A stretch of 64,000 nucleotides of DNA. Source: Lama glama (taxonomy: Eukaryota). The stretch covers positions 12,464,001 to 12,528,000 of the forward strand of contig CM052818.1 of NCBI GenBank assembly GCA_028534125.1, written 5' to 3'. The position numbers and the translations under genes were made by a program. This document shows positions 37,723 through 50,829 of the stretch, piece by piece; the first letter of the stretch is position 1; each line of letters begins with the position of its first letter. The notes under the pieces were generated by a model, which worked only from the letters and a program-made list of their open reading frames with translations, did no database searches and was not told where the DNA came from.

Positions 37723-38125
37723 CAGAGAAGCCGGATAGATTCCCACAACTATGTCTGCCCACCTAGTGATCCAACAACAGGGTCTTCCTGCCTTGACCAC
37801 AGATGGACTGATAAACCGTCCACTCTCTCTTCTGAAGCCTTTTCTTCCACTTGTACACTAGATCAAATTTTCTCAATCCTAGTCAAGGATATATTTTAAA
37901 AGATCCCCTGCGCCCACTTCCTCTCCTACGTTGTCAAATTTTTCTCTCTCCAGTGAATCAGTCCTGTCTATATAGAAACTTTCTGTTTCTCTCATTTTAG
38001 GAAAAAGAAAAAAAAAAGCCCCTTTCTATTAACGCCATTACTGATTTGAGGTCTCATACCTTTGATGCCCTTCACAGCAAAATCCCTGGGAAGGATTTTC
38101 CACTCACAGCGTCTCCTGTTCCTTA
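37723..38125 (+). repeat. 403-bp direct repeat, copy 2 (right of gap)
   Basis: Nearly identical to 36820-37222. Confidence 0.95.
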
Positions 38126-38212
38126 TCACACACTGATACTCATTCCGATTAGGCTATTGCCTTGACCCACACCTGCAAGTTTCTTTTTTCAATATAAATT
38201 ATAACCTCCATG

Positions 38213-38341
38213 TTAGCATACACAAGGCCCTGGGTTGAATCCGCAGTACCCCCTCTAAAAATACGTAAGTAAGTAAATCTAACCACCTCCCCCTAAAATT
38301 AAAAAATAAATAAATAAATAAATTTTTAAACTTAAAAAAAA
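38213..38341 (+). mobile_element. 5'-truncated Vic-1-type SINE
   Basis: ttagcatacacaaggccctgggttgaatccgcagtacc...aatctaaccacctccccc followed by an A-rich tail. It parallels the 27717 copy. Confidence 0.75.
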
Positions 38342-38949
38342 GGGATTCTGATTCTCAATGGTATAAAGAGATGGAGATTGGAGCTGGGGGAATAGTTAAC
38401 CCCAGATTCAAGCAATAAAGACAATTGAAGCAAACACCTGCATCTTACTGGATAATATGGTAATTGTGTCTCCAGATCTGCACTTGGGTCAGGAGGCTTG
38501 CAGTATGACAAGGAAAGAAGTAGCTATTCTAGGCATTTATAAGAACTGTCTGCAGCTGCTTGGCCAACTTGGGGCATATTTTTATGTATACTTTTATATA
38601 TTTTACACAAGAATGTTGTATATTTTTATATGACCCAAAGTAACCTGAATATATTTATTTTTTGCAACTTGAATGACACTAATTAACAGAATTATGAATG
38701 AACATGTCTTTAAAATTAGGAAAGAGTGTTGTGTGGGAAGAGGAAGGTGACAGATGTGAAAATACCAAAAGGAAGCAATATTTAAATGAGATATTTTACG
38801 TTTTAAAGAGAAGCTGTCTTAATTTAGAATAGAAAAAAAACTGTATTGTTTGTAATAAATCACTGGGTCACAATTTTAACAGATAAAATATACAATAATT
38901 TTGCCTTAAAAATGTATGCTTAATATCACTTCTGTTTTTCATTTACACC

Positions 38950-39610
38950 TTGCCAACCTGGTACAAATTACGTGGTCTGGTATAGCAGATGTACCACTGG
39001 TCTTATGCTTCCTCTCTTGCCCCCAAGTCTATTATACATACATACGGGAATGCGAGTGATGCTTTGAATGTACTTATCAGATTGTATCGCTCCCAAACAT
39101 AACACCCTGCAATTGCTTGACATTCACCGTGGAACAGCCTACAGACTTCCGGCCACAGCCTGACATTAATCCAGCACCTGTCTTCCTTTGTGATCTAAAC
39201 TCATACAGTTCTCTCCTTTTCCCTTACATGCCAACGTCATCACTGCCTTACGCCTTTGCTTTGGCTTTTCTCTCCTCCTGTATTACTCCTTCTCCAGACT
39301 ATAGCTTGGTCGGTTTCTTCTCATTCTTCATTCTCCACAGAGAAGCCTTTCTGACCAATCCATCTAAGGTGCCACCCATCTCTCTAGAAACTCTCTATCC
39401 CATTAAGCTACACTAAAAGTGTATTCATAACATTTATTACTGTTTGAATTGATTGCATTTATTTTCATGTGTTTAATATGTATTTTCCTTTTCTAGAGTA
39501 TGAACTTCAGTAGGGTAGGGACCTTGTCTATCTTGTTCATCAATACAGTCACCTTCCTAGAATTATAACTACATAGTCAAAGTTTGATAAATGTCTCTTA
39601 AGTGAAAAGC
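38950..39610 (+). mobile_element. L2 3' region
   Basis: gcctttgctttggct...cagagaagcctttctgacca...ctagagtatgaacttc...agggaccttgtctatcttgttca. Confidence 0.75.
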
Positions 39611-40479
39611 ATGTCAGAAATTAGTTGGCTTATATATGTACCTGGAACCACTTTTATAGATTTGTTTTTCCCATTACATTTCTGATTACACTTTCTTTTG
39701 TCTCTTATAGAACATTTAACCTTCTTCATAACACTAAGGTAGTCCACTATATTGGAAATGTGATTTATTGTGTGCAAACCTTTTCTTAAAAATTTTCCCC
39801 ACAGAATACTCTGCTATAAATGGGATATATTGCTTTCTTGGTTGATGCACAGATGTTAATGTAGGATATCTCTTCATTATTCTCCTGGGTTAAAGTCACT
39901 GCTTCTTAGTTTCCAAGCCCTTTTTTTTCTTTCTTATATCACTATTTATCTCTTAAAATAAGATAAATCTTATAAAATTGTATTTACTTGTTCACATAAT
40001 TGGAAAGTCTAATTGAAACCAGGTGAACAAGCTGTCTGTGATAATATATAACCCACTGTGACGGTTTTGTGTTGCCTGTCAGAAAATTTCAATCCCATCC
40101 TTTGAGATGTTGGTATTAGGGAGAACTTTTCTGTGATAGCTTTAGCAATCTGCTCAGTGCTTCTCCTACTCTATCCATAAGGTTGCTTCCTCCCTAAGTG
40201 CTGTGGCAGGGCTCTTCATAATTAATAAGCTCTTTTCTGTGAAGGCACATGTTCTTTGCCAAGGCCCCAAAGAGTCCCATAGATTTTTCCTGGGAATCAG
40301 CCTGAATTCTTCATATCTGGCAAATGTGAACCAAATTCTGCAACTCTGAAAATGTGGTTCCATCTGGTTTTTATTCCATAGAAAATCTCCATGCTCTATG
40401 CTTCTGTTCCTCCCAGTATTTCACCACCGCCCCACTGTTGGGACATGGTGCCTTTACCGTAATTTCTTGTCTAGTATCA

Positions 40480-40630
40480 CTGTCTAAAACTTTTCTCCAA
40501 ACATTTAAGTTCTGTGAAGGCAGATCCCAGGCCGTTGTACTTAACTATCTACAGCACTGAACATAAGCTTCTGGAGCATAGTAAATATACACAAAAATAT
40601 CTACTAAATGAATGAAGAAAGAATGGATAG
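40480..40630 (+). mobile_element. L2 3' end
   Basis: taagttctgtgaaggcaga...cagcact...catagta...aaatgaatgaa. Confidence 0.65.
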
Positions 40631-42979
40631 ATAAGCAAACTCTTGCTATTTTTCTCCATTTTGATTTTTTTGACTTTGGTAAATACCTCTGAGACATCCT
40701 CCTGATGAGCTATTTAACAATTTAAAGAAAATGTTAACTCTGAACAAAATGTAAATCCAAAGATAGGAATGCAGTAATTATGGAAAGCAGCCCTAAGCCC
40801 ATCAGTTTGAAAGCTGAAAAGTATTATCTTTTGATGCTTGTGAATGTGAGATTATTACTAATGTGAAAATGTGGAGAGTGCCAAAACATACAAAGAAATT
40901 TAGAGAAATGTGACTTACTAGTCATCTTGTTATTGTTTTATGTGAGGACTTGTCCTATAACCTCTTTAGCTCAAAGAGGGTATATTCAAGGCATGTTCTT
41001 CTGAATCAGAGTTCACATAGGAACGAACAGGAAAGCCCAAAGCCTCTTGCATAACACGTTTCTGTAGACGATGTTAATGGGGGTGTAATGTTTCTCTTCC
41101 ACCTCCCATTCCTCCATATGGAAGGCAGTTTATAGATAGTATTTTGTAAGCTAGTCTCAGGTCTCCAGTGAGTACTCATCACAGCAGGCATTTTCAAGAG
41201 GATCATGCATCCCTAGCGGCTCATCGGAGGCCCCTGACGAGTTAGCTGACTCAAAGAACTGGGAAAACAACTTACCTTGCCAGCAAATGGGATCAGATCA
41301 GCGAACAGTAGCAATGTGCCCCACATGCTGTGGCACCTGCTACAGTCAAAGAAGCTATAATATAATTGCTGTTGGGATGAGATGTCTAACGAGGGACTAT
41401 ATATCAAGAGCTTCAACAGCTGTTGGTAATGGAAATCTGTTATCTTCTAACTGTGCCCAGTGCTTTGAGCGAGTCATACACAGGACATTCTCATAGAATT
41501 AGCAACGCTTTCCTTTGGAAACTTTATCAACGTGTACTTAGAAGGAGACATATTGAGAAAGTTCAGTGAAACTGTAAAATGCTACTGAGCCCCCCTAAAA
41601 CAGAGTTGTTAGTTTGCCTTTTTTGGGGGGGAATCAGTCAAGATTGGTCTGTATTGTCAAGCCTACTAAGATAATTGTAATATAACTTTTCATGTGTTTA
41701 TGTTGAATTTCCATCATTAGATCATAAGCAACTTCAAGGTTGGACGTGTCTGGTCCATAGATATGTCTCCTATACCATTTGTCCTTTCAACCTGTGTCTG
41801 CTCAATATCAGTATGTTCATTAGATTTTTGGTAGAAATAGAATGTACCCTGGGACATTCTTTCATGTTTATAACATCCAAACTTATTAAGGCATGCAATC
41901 TGATTGTCAGTATATCTGATACCAAGTCTTATGTAAAACTGATCCCCTCCTGTGCTTGGAAGGAGGAAACACATGATTTGCTAAGCTTGAGATTTAAACT
42001 AATATCTAAAAATCAAGAGATTTATTTTAAGGGATATTTTAAATAACTGCTAGGGCCCCAGTCCAGGAGAGGGAGAACACAGCTATAATGCATCGCTGAT
42101 GGAAGGATTTAATTATGCCAAATCCGTAATGTTGGGTTTTTTTTTTATATTAATGTCTCCCACATAAGCAGGTGAGTTTTAAGATAAAATACAAAGTCAT
42201 TAAAGTCAGATGATGAAAGCAGATCTCGGTTATCCCCTCCACCACTGCTTGATAGGCCTTTGATAAATTTCTTTGCTGTGCTTTCCTCACCAGCTTATGG
42301 CAGGTCATCCTTGTACATCTAGTTTTCTTACTTAATGCTGTTAGCAAATGATCTTTCTTCTAATGAGAAAATAAATCCCGTATTTGGCTGTAAAATGATG
42401 GGAGACATTTGTATCTGAACTGTCCACCTACAGCAGAAAAATCACATACGACACATAACATCCAAACTCTCCTCTTAACAGAAAAATAATACCATAAATA
42501 TCAGACTTTTCATAAGGCAGGAAATGTGCTCACTCTGAATCAGTTATAAGACATCTGAAGTGTAGAGGAGGTTAGTCAGGGGAATGCCTGTATTAGGTGT
42601 CTCTTTTTCCTTTCCTTAATTTGATGTGGATCATCATCAGTGGGGCTTTGAATTTGCTCTGAGACCAAGCACCAACTTTATGCCTACCTGCTTAAAGGAT
42701 CATCACGCCCTCACCTGCCTGTACAGGAAGGTTTGGGCATCCGAACAGCAATAGCGATAAAAGCTCAGGAAGTATTCAAGCCTTCAAAATAAGTGAGTCT
42801 TCTTTGTTCTTCAGTTCCTCTTGTAAAGTAGTCTTGGTCCCTTGCTACTTGCCTCCAGTGCTGCAGTACCGTGGATGTCTGTGTTTTGTCCCTGGTTGCC
42901 ACAGTAGGTCAGTGCTCTTGTGCACGTAAATTTTTACCTTAGTTTTGAACATGGCTACATATATATATTTAATTTTAAA

Positions 42980-43130
42980 TATTCAGACAATCTTTCTTTC
43001 TCTAGAATGTAAACTCTTTGGTTTGGGACTTGTTTTGTTCATCACCGTATTTTTAGCTTTTCAAATAGTTCCTGGTATGTAATAGATACTCAAAAATAAT
43101 GATGGAATAAATCAGTGAGTGAATGAATGA
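42980..43130 (+). mobile_element. L2 3' end
   Basis: ctagaatgtaaactc...ttgttcatcaccgtat...atagttcctggta...gtgaatgaatga. Confidence 0.7.
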
Positions 43131-44187
43131 TTTTTGCTATTTTGGAGTGATATTTTGGGTGTTTGGAAAAAGGATATGGTTTAGGAATGCAGGTGTGTGT
43201 TTAGGCATTTAAACTTTTTGTTTGTTTGTTTTGGGTTATCTGCAGCAAATCAAGGAATACTTACTGCTTTTGCTCTGTCTCAAAGAGATATCAAAATAGA
43301 AGAGAAAAAGATTTGTCCTTAGAATATAAGATCGGATTTTGTGTATGTTTGTGTGTTTCTCCAAGGATTTCAAGCTTCTGAAGGACAGAGCCTTGGGATG
43401 TGTGGGGGGTGCAATGCATAAACCATGTAAACTATTCAGTCTAGAGTGGTAGAAGGAAATTTTATGACTTTATTAATATTTAAATTTGTGAATTTCACAG
43501 TTGACTCTAGAAGGACATTCCAAATAAACTTATTTTAAATTAAATTTTAGTGGTAGAACTACAGAATCCAGTTTAAAAAAAAAACCATAAAGGATTGGGA
43601 TAAAATCCTAGGAAATATCTGAATTATACAAGACCTCATTTCCTTTATGCACACAATATAACCTACCTGTCAACAGAAAGATTCCAGTGATTGACATCAC
43701 ATCACCAGACTGTATAGATCCAATAAAGTGCACTGGCTCTTTTGTGATTTGGCCCACCCCATCTTAACTTCCTACAATCCTGGCTTCTTTGTGAGGAGAC
43801 ATTGAGCACTGCTTACTGAGAGAGGTTGCTGAGGTTTCTAAATATAAAACAGCAGTTAAAATTTTATATCACAGACATTTTAAGTAAATTGAACATGGTA
43901 TTGATTAGATCTGTAATCTAAATACACTTACCACTCCTTGCTTTTCTATTTCGTTTTAATCCTTAACAGATGGTACAGAATTCATTATGGCTCAGCCAGA
44001 ATTACAGCAAATTTTTCCTTGTCACCAGAACAACATTCTTAATTCCTTAGAGAATGAGTTAACTTTGAAACTCTCTTCGAAAAGACTTAACTTGTAAGAA
44101 AGCAGTCATCAAAGGTGCGCTTTAGTTTATTCAGCATTTCTATCTCATTCTATCATTCTGGAGAAGGGGCTAATAAATTAAAAGCTC

Positions 44188-44430
44188 TATTCAACAACTA
44201 TTTATTGAACAGCTCTGATGTACTTGGCACTGTGCTAAGGCATTGACATACAGAAAAAGAAAGAATTTTACCCCTAAAGATACACATTTTATTGTGAGAT
44301 GTAAATATACTAGTACATACACTTTAGTACATATACTTTAAAGTATATTGTACTAAAAGCCACAGTAGAAATAAGAGCAAGGAGTTTGGAAGAATGACGA
44401 GTTCCCCTTTGGGACAGGGGTGAAGCCGGA
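44188..44430 (-). mobile_element. L2 3' end fragment
   Basis: attcaacaactatttattgaac...ggcactgtgctaagg. Confidence 0.6.
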
Positions 44431-44588
44431 AGCAACTCAGCTGATTAGTAACTATTTTCTGTATTATTTGCCAAAAATGAAAGTGTCATGTTCCAAGTTG
44501 CTTAGTTGCAATTGTCCTTTGATTGCAAAGGAAAATAGGGCTACTTTTCATGAAAAGTTATTTAATGACTTAAAAACACCATTCTTCA

Positions 44589-44811
44589 CAATTGACCCTT
44601 GAACAGGGATTTGAACTGTGCAAGTCCATTTTTATAAAGGATTTTTTTTTCAATAAATACACGCAGTACTACACCATCCATGGTTGGTTGAATTCATGGA
44701 TGCATAATCATGAATTGGAGGAGCAAACATGGGACGTGACCAGCCACGGATTTTGGTATAGACAGTGGGTCCTGGAACCAATCCTACATGGATACCGAGG
44801 GAAGATTCTAT
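44589..44811 (+). mobile_element. Tigger2-derived MITE (MER8/Tigger2a-like)
   Basis: Left end caattgacccttgaaca...tttgaactgtgcaagtcca; right end gggtcctggaaccaatcc...ggataccgaggga. Confidence 0.85.
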
Positions 44812-44869
44812 TTCTCACTTAAGGGACCCATTAGTTGACTCATTAAGAAAATAAGAAGTCCAAAGACAT

Positions 44870-45490
44870 ACCTGGAATGTGAAGACAAATCACATTAAAA
44901 AGATTAAAAATATTGATATTGAAGAGGCGTTTGATAAAATTCAGCAAAACATTTCTAAATTAAAAAAATTAAGTACAACAGAAAGGTGGGGCTTACTCAA
45001 CTGTAAGAAAGGTTATTTACCAACAATAGCAGCAAATACTGTTCCAAATACAAATCTCTAGGTCCGCTTCAATTAAAATCAGAAATTGGGCCAAAATGTC
45101 AGAATTACAATTATTTGGCACTGATTGGTATGAACACATAAAATAAAATAATTTTCCTAAGTGGAAAATATGTTTTAAAATTTATAAGAACAAATACATA
45201 ATATTTGATGGGAAAAATATGGGAATGAAAAAAATGACAATGTACTTAGACACATAGATACATATATATTATACATTCATATATTTTCTGGAAAACATGG
45301 GCTATATGGGCTAGCAATAGTTGGGTTTTGGGTGGGGTAGTGAGCTGTGTAGGATGAGGGAAGAAGAGAAAAAGATTTCCATGTAGAAAATGAAAAAAGT
45401 ATGATAAAATATCCAAGATACATGTTTTTATGCATTTATTAAAGATTTAAGTAGGTATGTATATATAAATTTTTAAAAGTAAATTCTTAA
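44870..45490 (+). mobile_element. Degraded L1M fragments
   Basis: gaagaggcgtttgataaaattcagc (KAFDKIQ-like; ORF 44879 reads EEAFDKIQ) followed by A-rich sequence. Confidence 0.5.
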
Positions 45491-45859
45491 AATGACTGCA
45501 GATTAGAAAACAGCTAAATTACATTGATCTGCAAGTAAATTCTCTTTGTGAATAGGGTTTAATAAAACATAACATTGGTAGGCGATGATGACTGTGATTT
45601 GTGTAATCACTAGGGGTATTTCAGTTCACAAAATGTCGAGGAGTGTAGACCCCCTATTAGATGAAGCTCATATATGAATGAGCTCACCTGTGAAATTGTT
45701 CTCCCAATGCTTGGCAGTTTATAAGCATTCAGTAAATGATAACATTTCCTTAGGAACTTAATCTCTGTGCATAGGCTTTGGCATCTGATAAAGGTCAATT
45801 CACATCGCAACTTCTATCAACTAGAATAAGATACTAGAGCTCTTTAAAACTGTCATCAC

Positions 45860-45980
45860 TTTGTAAAATGAGCATCATGATGTTTAACTCTTCTGCCTGT
45901 TGTGAGGATTAAATTGGATGACATCTGTAAAGTTCCTAGCAGAGCGTTTGGTATAGAGAAAGTGCTTAATAAATACTTCT
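45860..45980 (+). mobile_element. MIR 3' part
   Basis: tgtaaaatgag...gttgtgaggattaaat...tgtaaag...agtgcttaataaata. Confidence 0.75.
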
Positions 45981-46829
45981 ATAAAGAGGGCCTTACGATA
46001 TAGAGCAGTGGTGCAATGTTACAGGGGTGAAAAACACTTTCTAATGTCTGATGAAATGTATCAAGCCAAAGAAACCTGATGGGTGCTAGACATGAATGAG
46101 TTTTGGTTATAGCTTTGGTTGCACAGAAACTAGTGAAAGAGAGCTGTGAATCTCTCTTTCAAATGTTCTTCAATGGAAATTCACTTATCACTAAGTGAAC
46201 TTATCATGAATAGCACCTCATTTTAGGTCTGCAACAGAATCAAGTCTGCGAGGTGTTTGCCCTAACAGGAAATTACAGTCATTACTGGGATGTCAAAACA
46301 CTCTGAATTGAAAAACTCTAGCTGCATAAGGGAATGAGAGAAAGAAAGAAAAAAAAAAAACTCTTGGATTTTTGTCTTTTAGGATTTCATTCATTTCTTT
46401 TTCATATAATCCTGATATGTTAAAATATGACACACATGACAAACTGTGGAAATATGTGTTGTCATGATCTGGAGCGTGCATGAGAGAGAGAAGGAGGGAG
46501 AAGGAGAGAGATCTCAATATGCTCACTTACAGTCTTAACACACCAGGAATGTCTCTATTATTGGCACTGGTATCTCAGCTCATTTTTTTTACAGACACTT
46601 GCAAGTCTCTCTTTAATCTCTCATGCTGTACAATCTGTGTAAGTGGTGGTTTAAGAGTTCTACATGTGACTCCTATGTTACCAATAAACTGTACACCCCT
46701 TGAACAGGGTGAACATAGACACGATGGGAAAGGTAGCCGGACTGGAAGTGAAGAATTTCTGGTTTCTCATATCTGAAACTAACTAGCTATATGCCCTTAA
46801 GGAGGATCTATGATAGCCAAGGTTCTTTG

Positions 46830-47010
46830 AATATATGCTTTCTCATTTAATCCTCACAATTGCACTTCAAGGGAGTTGTTACTATCCCCATTTGGCAGAC
46901 AAGGAAACTGAAATGAACTAGCTTATTTGTTCCAAGCCACACAGACTGAGAGGTAAAAATGGTATTTGTGTCTATGGCCACAGCCCTAGGTCTTTTCTTG
47001 ACAGACTTGA
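46830..47010 (-). mobile_element. MIR
   Basis: tctcatttaatcctcacaa...tactatccccattt...cagacaaggaaactga. Confidence 0.75.
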
Positions 47011-48159
47011 TCTCCTCTCCCCTCAGCTCAGTTTTCCTTCTTAAATTAAACAAAAGAAGTAGAGTAAGTGAACTCTCAAGTCCCTTCTTGACTGTAATTC
47101 TATGATTCATATTGATAGAATTTAGTCACGTTGAGTTCTCTGAGACCTTAGAATGAGGGGCTTTGCAAAACAATGGAGGACTAGAAAGAAGAGAAAGGCT
47201 TAAACATTTAAGATTTACTACCTCCTCCTAAAGCAAGGGCTTTTCAGAGTGGGTGTTTCTCTTTTATTTTTGGACAGTTGGGCATTGTAACAGAATTAAA
47301 ACATCATCTAGAAATTTTCCTTTTCCTTTTGATATGTTACATAAAGCAGTTGTTCTTAGGGGAGGGAAGACATTAGAATAACCCTACTTTGGTAAATTTT
47401 TATACTAAAATTCACATATTAATGTACTGTCTTATACAGTGGTCTTGTAATAGTTAAAGGAGATATAGAAACTGGGAAAATTAGTTTTTTTTTTTAAAAA
47501 AAGGTACTCTCAAATGAAGAAAACAGGAAAGTAGACATTTTAGGATAGAAGCTAGAGAACATAATTCAGTTTCTAAACTTGATTAGATTTTTTTGCACAG
47601 CCTGGGAAAAACCAGCCAGAAATCGAGGCAATTACAGAATACAGAATAAAACTATTTTTCTAAAAGTGTCTTTTATGTAAGAAAAGGTCCTGAAAGGGCA
47701 CCATCAAACTATAAAATACTTGGCTGCCCAGAGTAATCCCATAAGAAATAGCACTTGAGTTGGGATAAGGGAAAAAAAAAAGAAAAATAGCTTTATCTTA
47801 CTAAAAATACCCTGTGCAATAAGGGACCATTTTGTGAAAGGATCATCATAAGCTACATAAGATGCTTCATTTCTTTATTCTGTCATATACCTACAAAATA
47901 GTTGCTAGAACTAGAGGCATTTATCTTAAATTTCAAAGAAAAAAATATTGCCTTGTCTTTCTTTTTAATTCTTCCTATCCATCTATTTTAATTAAAAGTC
48001 TACTTACGATCACACGTAAACTCTCACATGATAGAATGGTGTATGTTGTCCCATATATCTTTCTTTGTCAAATCCACATTCAGCATTCCTTCCTCTGTAC
48101 AGGAAACATGAAGAACAAACTGAACAGGTTTGGTAAATTGAATTATTCTTCATTCTTCC

Positions 48160-48575
48160 CCATATCCAAGCCCCAATTCTTCATCCCTCCTGTATCCAAG
48201 TCACTTGCCATATACTTTGCAGCTCTTTCCATAAAAGGGTGGAGTTTATTTACCTACTCCTTAACTTTGAGCTCAGCCCTGAGACCCTCTCTTCCAAAAA
48301 AAAATGATGCATTAGTGACAACGTGCTGCTTCAGAGTTCATGAGGGATTCTGTTTGCATGAGTAGCTTCTGCCCTAGCCATGAGAAAAACTCTTTGACTA
48401 GACTGTTGTTTACAGAAGAGAAAGACACACGTGAGGTACAGAGCTACCCCAACGAAGCCCAGCCTAGATCAGCCAACCTCCCAGTGGACCCAAGATTAGT
48501 GAGAATTCATGATTGCTATTTTAAGTCACTTAGTGCTTAAGTATACAGCAGTATTTGCCAATAAATAAGCTATAC
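48160..48575 (+). mobile_element. MLT1H/I-like MaLR LTR
   Basis: ccccaattcttcatccctcctgtatcc...cccagcctagatcagccaacc...gattgctattttaagtcact...gctataca. Confidence 0.7.
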
Positions 48576-48934
48576 AGATATATGTGAAATCTGATATATG
48601 AGATTACTACATACACATGAACACACACTCAGCAATTACTTTGTTTTCAGGACAGTAGAATTTTTACTTGAGACTTCAGAGCATTCTTCAACTCAGCTAC
48701 TTAACATGCATTGGCTGGATGAACCTAAATATGAAGTAAAGTGAGGTTTTTCTTTTACTTTCCTCTTAATAGCAGAACTGCTTGTTATATAATAATAAAC
48801 ATTGTCAATCTCTTGTGTATTCTCATATATCCTGTAATTCTCCTTCTTGACACATATCACATTTGTAATAAACCAGTAATTTGATTTAAACTTCTGCTTT
48901 GCCCGGTAGGATGAATAATAGCTAAAAATCACAA

Positions 48935-49110
48935 GTGGCTTTTAATTCTTACACATTGCTATGAGGAACTCTTAATATCACCATTTGGCAGATGGATGAG
49001 ATCCAGAGATGTCAAGTAAATTTCCCAACATCGCACAGTTGGGAAGTAGAATAACTGAAGTCCAGATCCAGGCAGACTGGTTCCAGAACCCTTGCTCTAA
49101 ACCATTAGTA
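48935..49110 (-). mobile_element. MIR
   Basis: ccatttggcagatgga...aagtaaatttcccaacatcgcacag...ccaggcagactggttccagaaccc. Confidence 0.7.
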
Positions 49111-49269
49111 GACAGCACGTGGTCTCGGAAGTCATTATTCCATCCCGAACAACTTGCCCAGCACGTGACATGTAGGTGTGGGGCAGTTGATGAAAGGTGT
49201 AACTGAGCATACTTGAACTAAAGTGGCATGAAGAGAGGAAAGCTGTTAACATGTTGAAGATGGTCATAT

Positions 49270-50760
49270 TGCTTCATTCAATTAACATTTTTGAGTACAA
49301 CCGTGAAGCAGCCGCTGGTGCATGTGGTGATAATTTACAAGCTGGCAAAAAGAGAGACATGGCTCCTGCTCTCCTGGTATCAACATTCTAGTGCTGGAGA
49401 GAGAAATAAACCAATAAACAAGAAATGCTAATTACAAAATGTGAAAATCCTGGGAAGGAAGCATCAAAGTGATGATAGAAAATAATGGGTCTGAGCGAGA
49501 AGCATTTTACTTTCTTTGTGGTCAGGGAAGGCCTCCATTTAAGAGGGAACATTTAATCTGAGACCTGGTAAGTAGAGAGACCATTTCAGGCAGTAAGTGT
49601 TCAGGTTCTGAAGCAGAAAAGAGCTACCATCCCACTTTCTCTTGATCATTGCCAAAACCTTCCAAAGCTCTGTGCACATTTACTCTGTTCACTTCTCAAT
49701 ATACGCTGTACAGGAAGAAAGAAACACTACTTCACAAAGCCTGCAAGTTTGGCTCATTCCTTTTTCTCAGAACTCATCTTGCTGTCTTTTGCTTTCTGTC
49801 CTAATTGTCTGTCCTTCCGTCTTCGTGTCCTTGTCATGCCTTAGCATACCTTAAATCTGCACATTTACATGCATAGCTTTCTGCCTGGGTTCTTGTTTTT
49901 TAGATAATTTGTGCTAAAGAATCAGTATCCCAAGGAACCTGGCTTTGTTTCCTAACCATATAAAATTCCTATGAAGGCATTCATAGCACACTGTTTTTAC
50001 TCTCCTGTATATTTGTGAAAGCCAACATTTTATAAGGGTATGTGTGTGTGTGAGAATGGATGGATGTAAATTTAACGAAGTTAGGAACCATGCCTTTTTG
50101 TAATTACCATTGTATCCCCAGTGCTTTGAACCATGCTTGACACACAACAAATGCTTAATACGTATTTATTGAGTAAAAGTTATTGAAAAATTCTAGGCAG
50201 GGGAGTTACATAATACAATGTATATTTTTAAATGATCACTTTTGCTGCTTTGAGAGAAATGGATTAGAGATGGGGCAGGAGTGAGTAAGAGAGCCAGTTA
50301 ACAGGCGGCTGTAGCAGTCCAGTGAGAGTAGTCGTGTGTGGGTATTGAAGAGACAGCAGGGCAGATCTTAAAAAGTGGTTGGGCTTCAGATGATTTGAGA
50401 GAAAGAATTTGAAGATATACTGTTATTGGCTGAGGACAATAAGGAAAGAAATGAATTAAGCATAATTCCTAGGTTTCTGAGAGCATGGTGATGATATTTG
50501 TGGACATGAGGAAAACTCATATGGTTGGAGCAGTTCTGTAATTGTGGAAATTAAGACTGGTTTTGGTTATGTTAAGTTTAAGATGTCTTTGAAACCTTTG
50601 AAGGATGATGTCAAATAGATAGTTGAACTAATTTATCTGGAGACCCAGGGGAAAGTATTCATGTGCCCATATATATTTAGATAACATCAGTATTTAGATT
50701 TCATTGAAAGTCATGGGAAAAGGCAAACTCATGTAAGAATCGAGTGTAATAATAGAGGGA
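49270..50760 (-). mobile_element. Fragmented L2 (antisense), with an opposite-orientation L2 tail at about 50080-50175
   Basis: gacatggctcctgctctc...acattctagtg; gtggtcagggaaggcctc; gatcacttttgctgct...ttttggttatgttaagtttaagatg. Confidence 0.65.
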
Positions 50761-50829
50761 TTATTATTAATTCTTGAAGAACATCTATACTTAGAAATTA
50801 GAGAAAAGAGTTTCGAGAAAAACAGAGTA

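Noticed and set aside
37089..37899. Long ORFs of 180-246 aa in the ORF track
   Set aside because: Artefacts of translating through the 500-N gap.
45585..45788. Box C (ATGATGA) and downstream CTGA suggesting a C/D snoRNA
   Set aside because: The boxes are about 200 nt apart with no terminal stem and no recognisable rRNA guide. An Rfam search would settle it.
47862..48365. Longest gap-free ORF (167 aa)
   Set aside because: AT-driven F/I/L/K/S composition, no recognisable domain, and it runs into an MLT1 LTR. It is a chance ORF.
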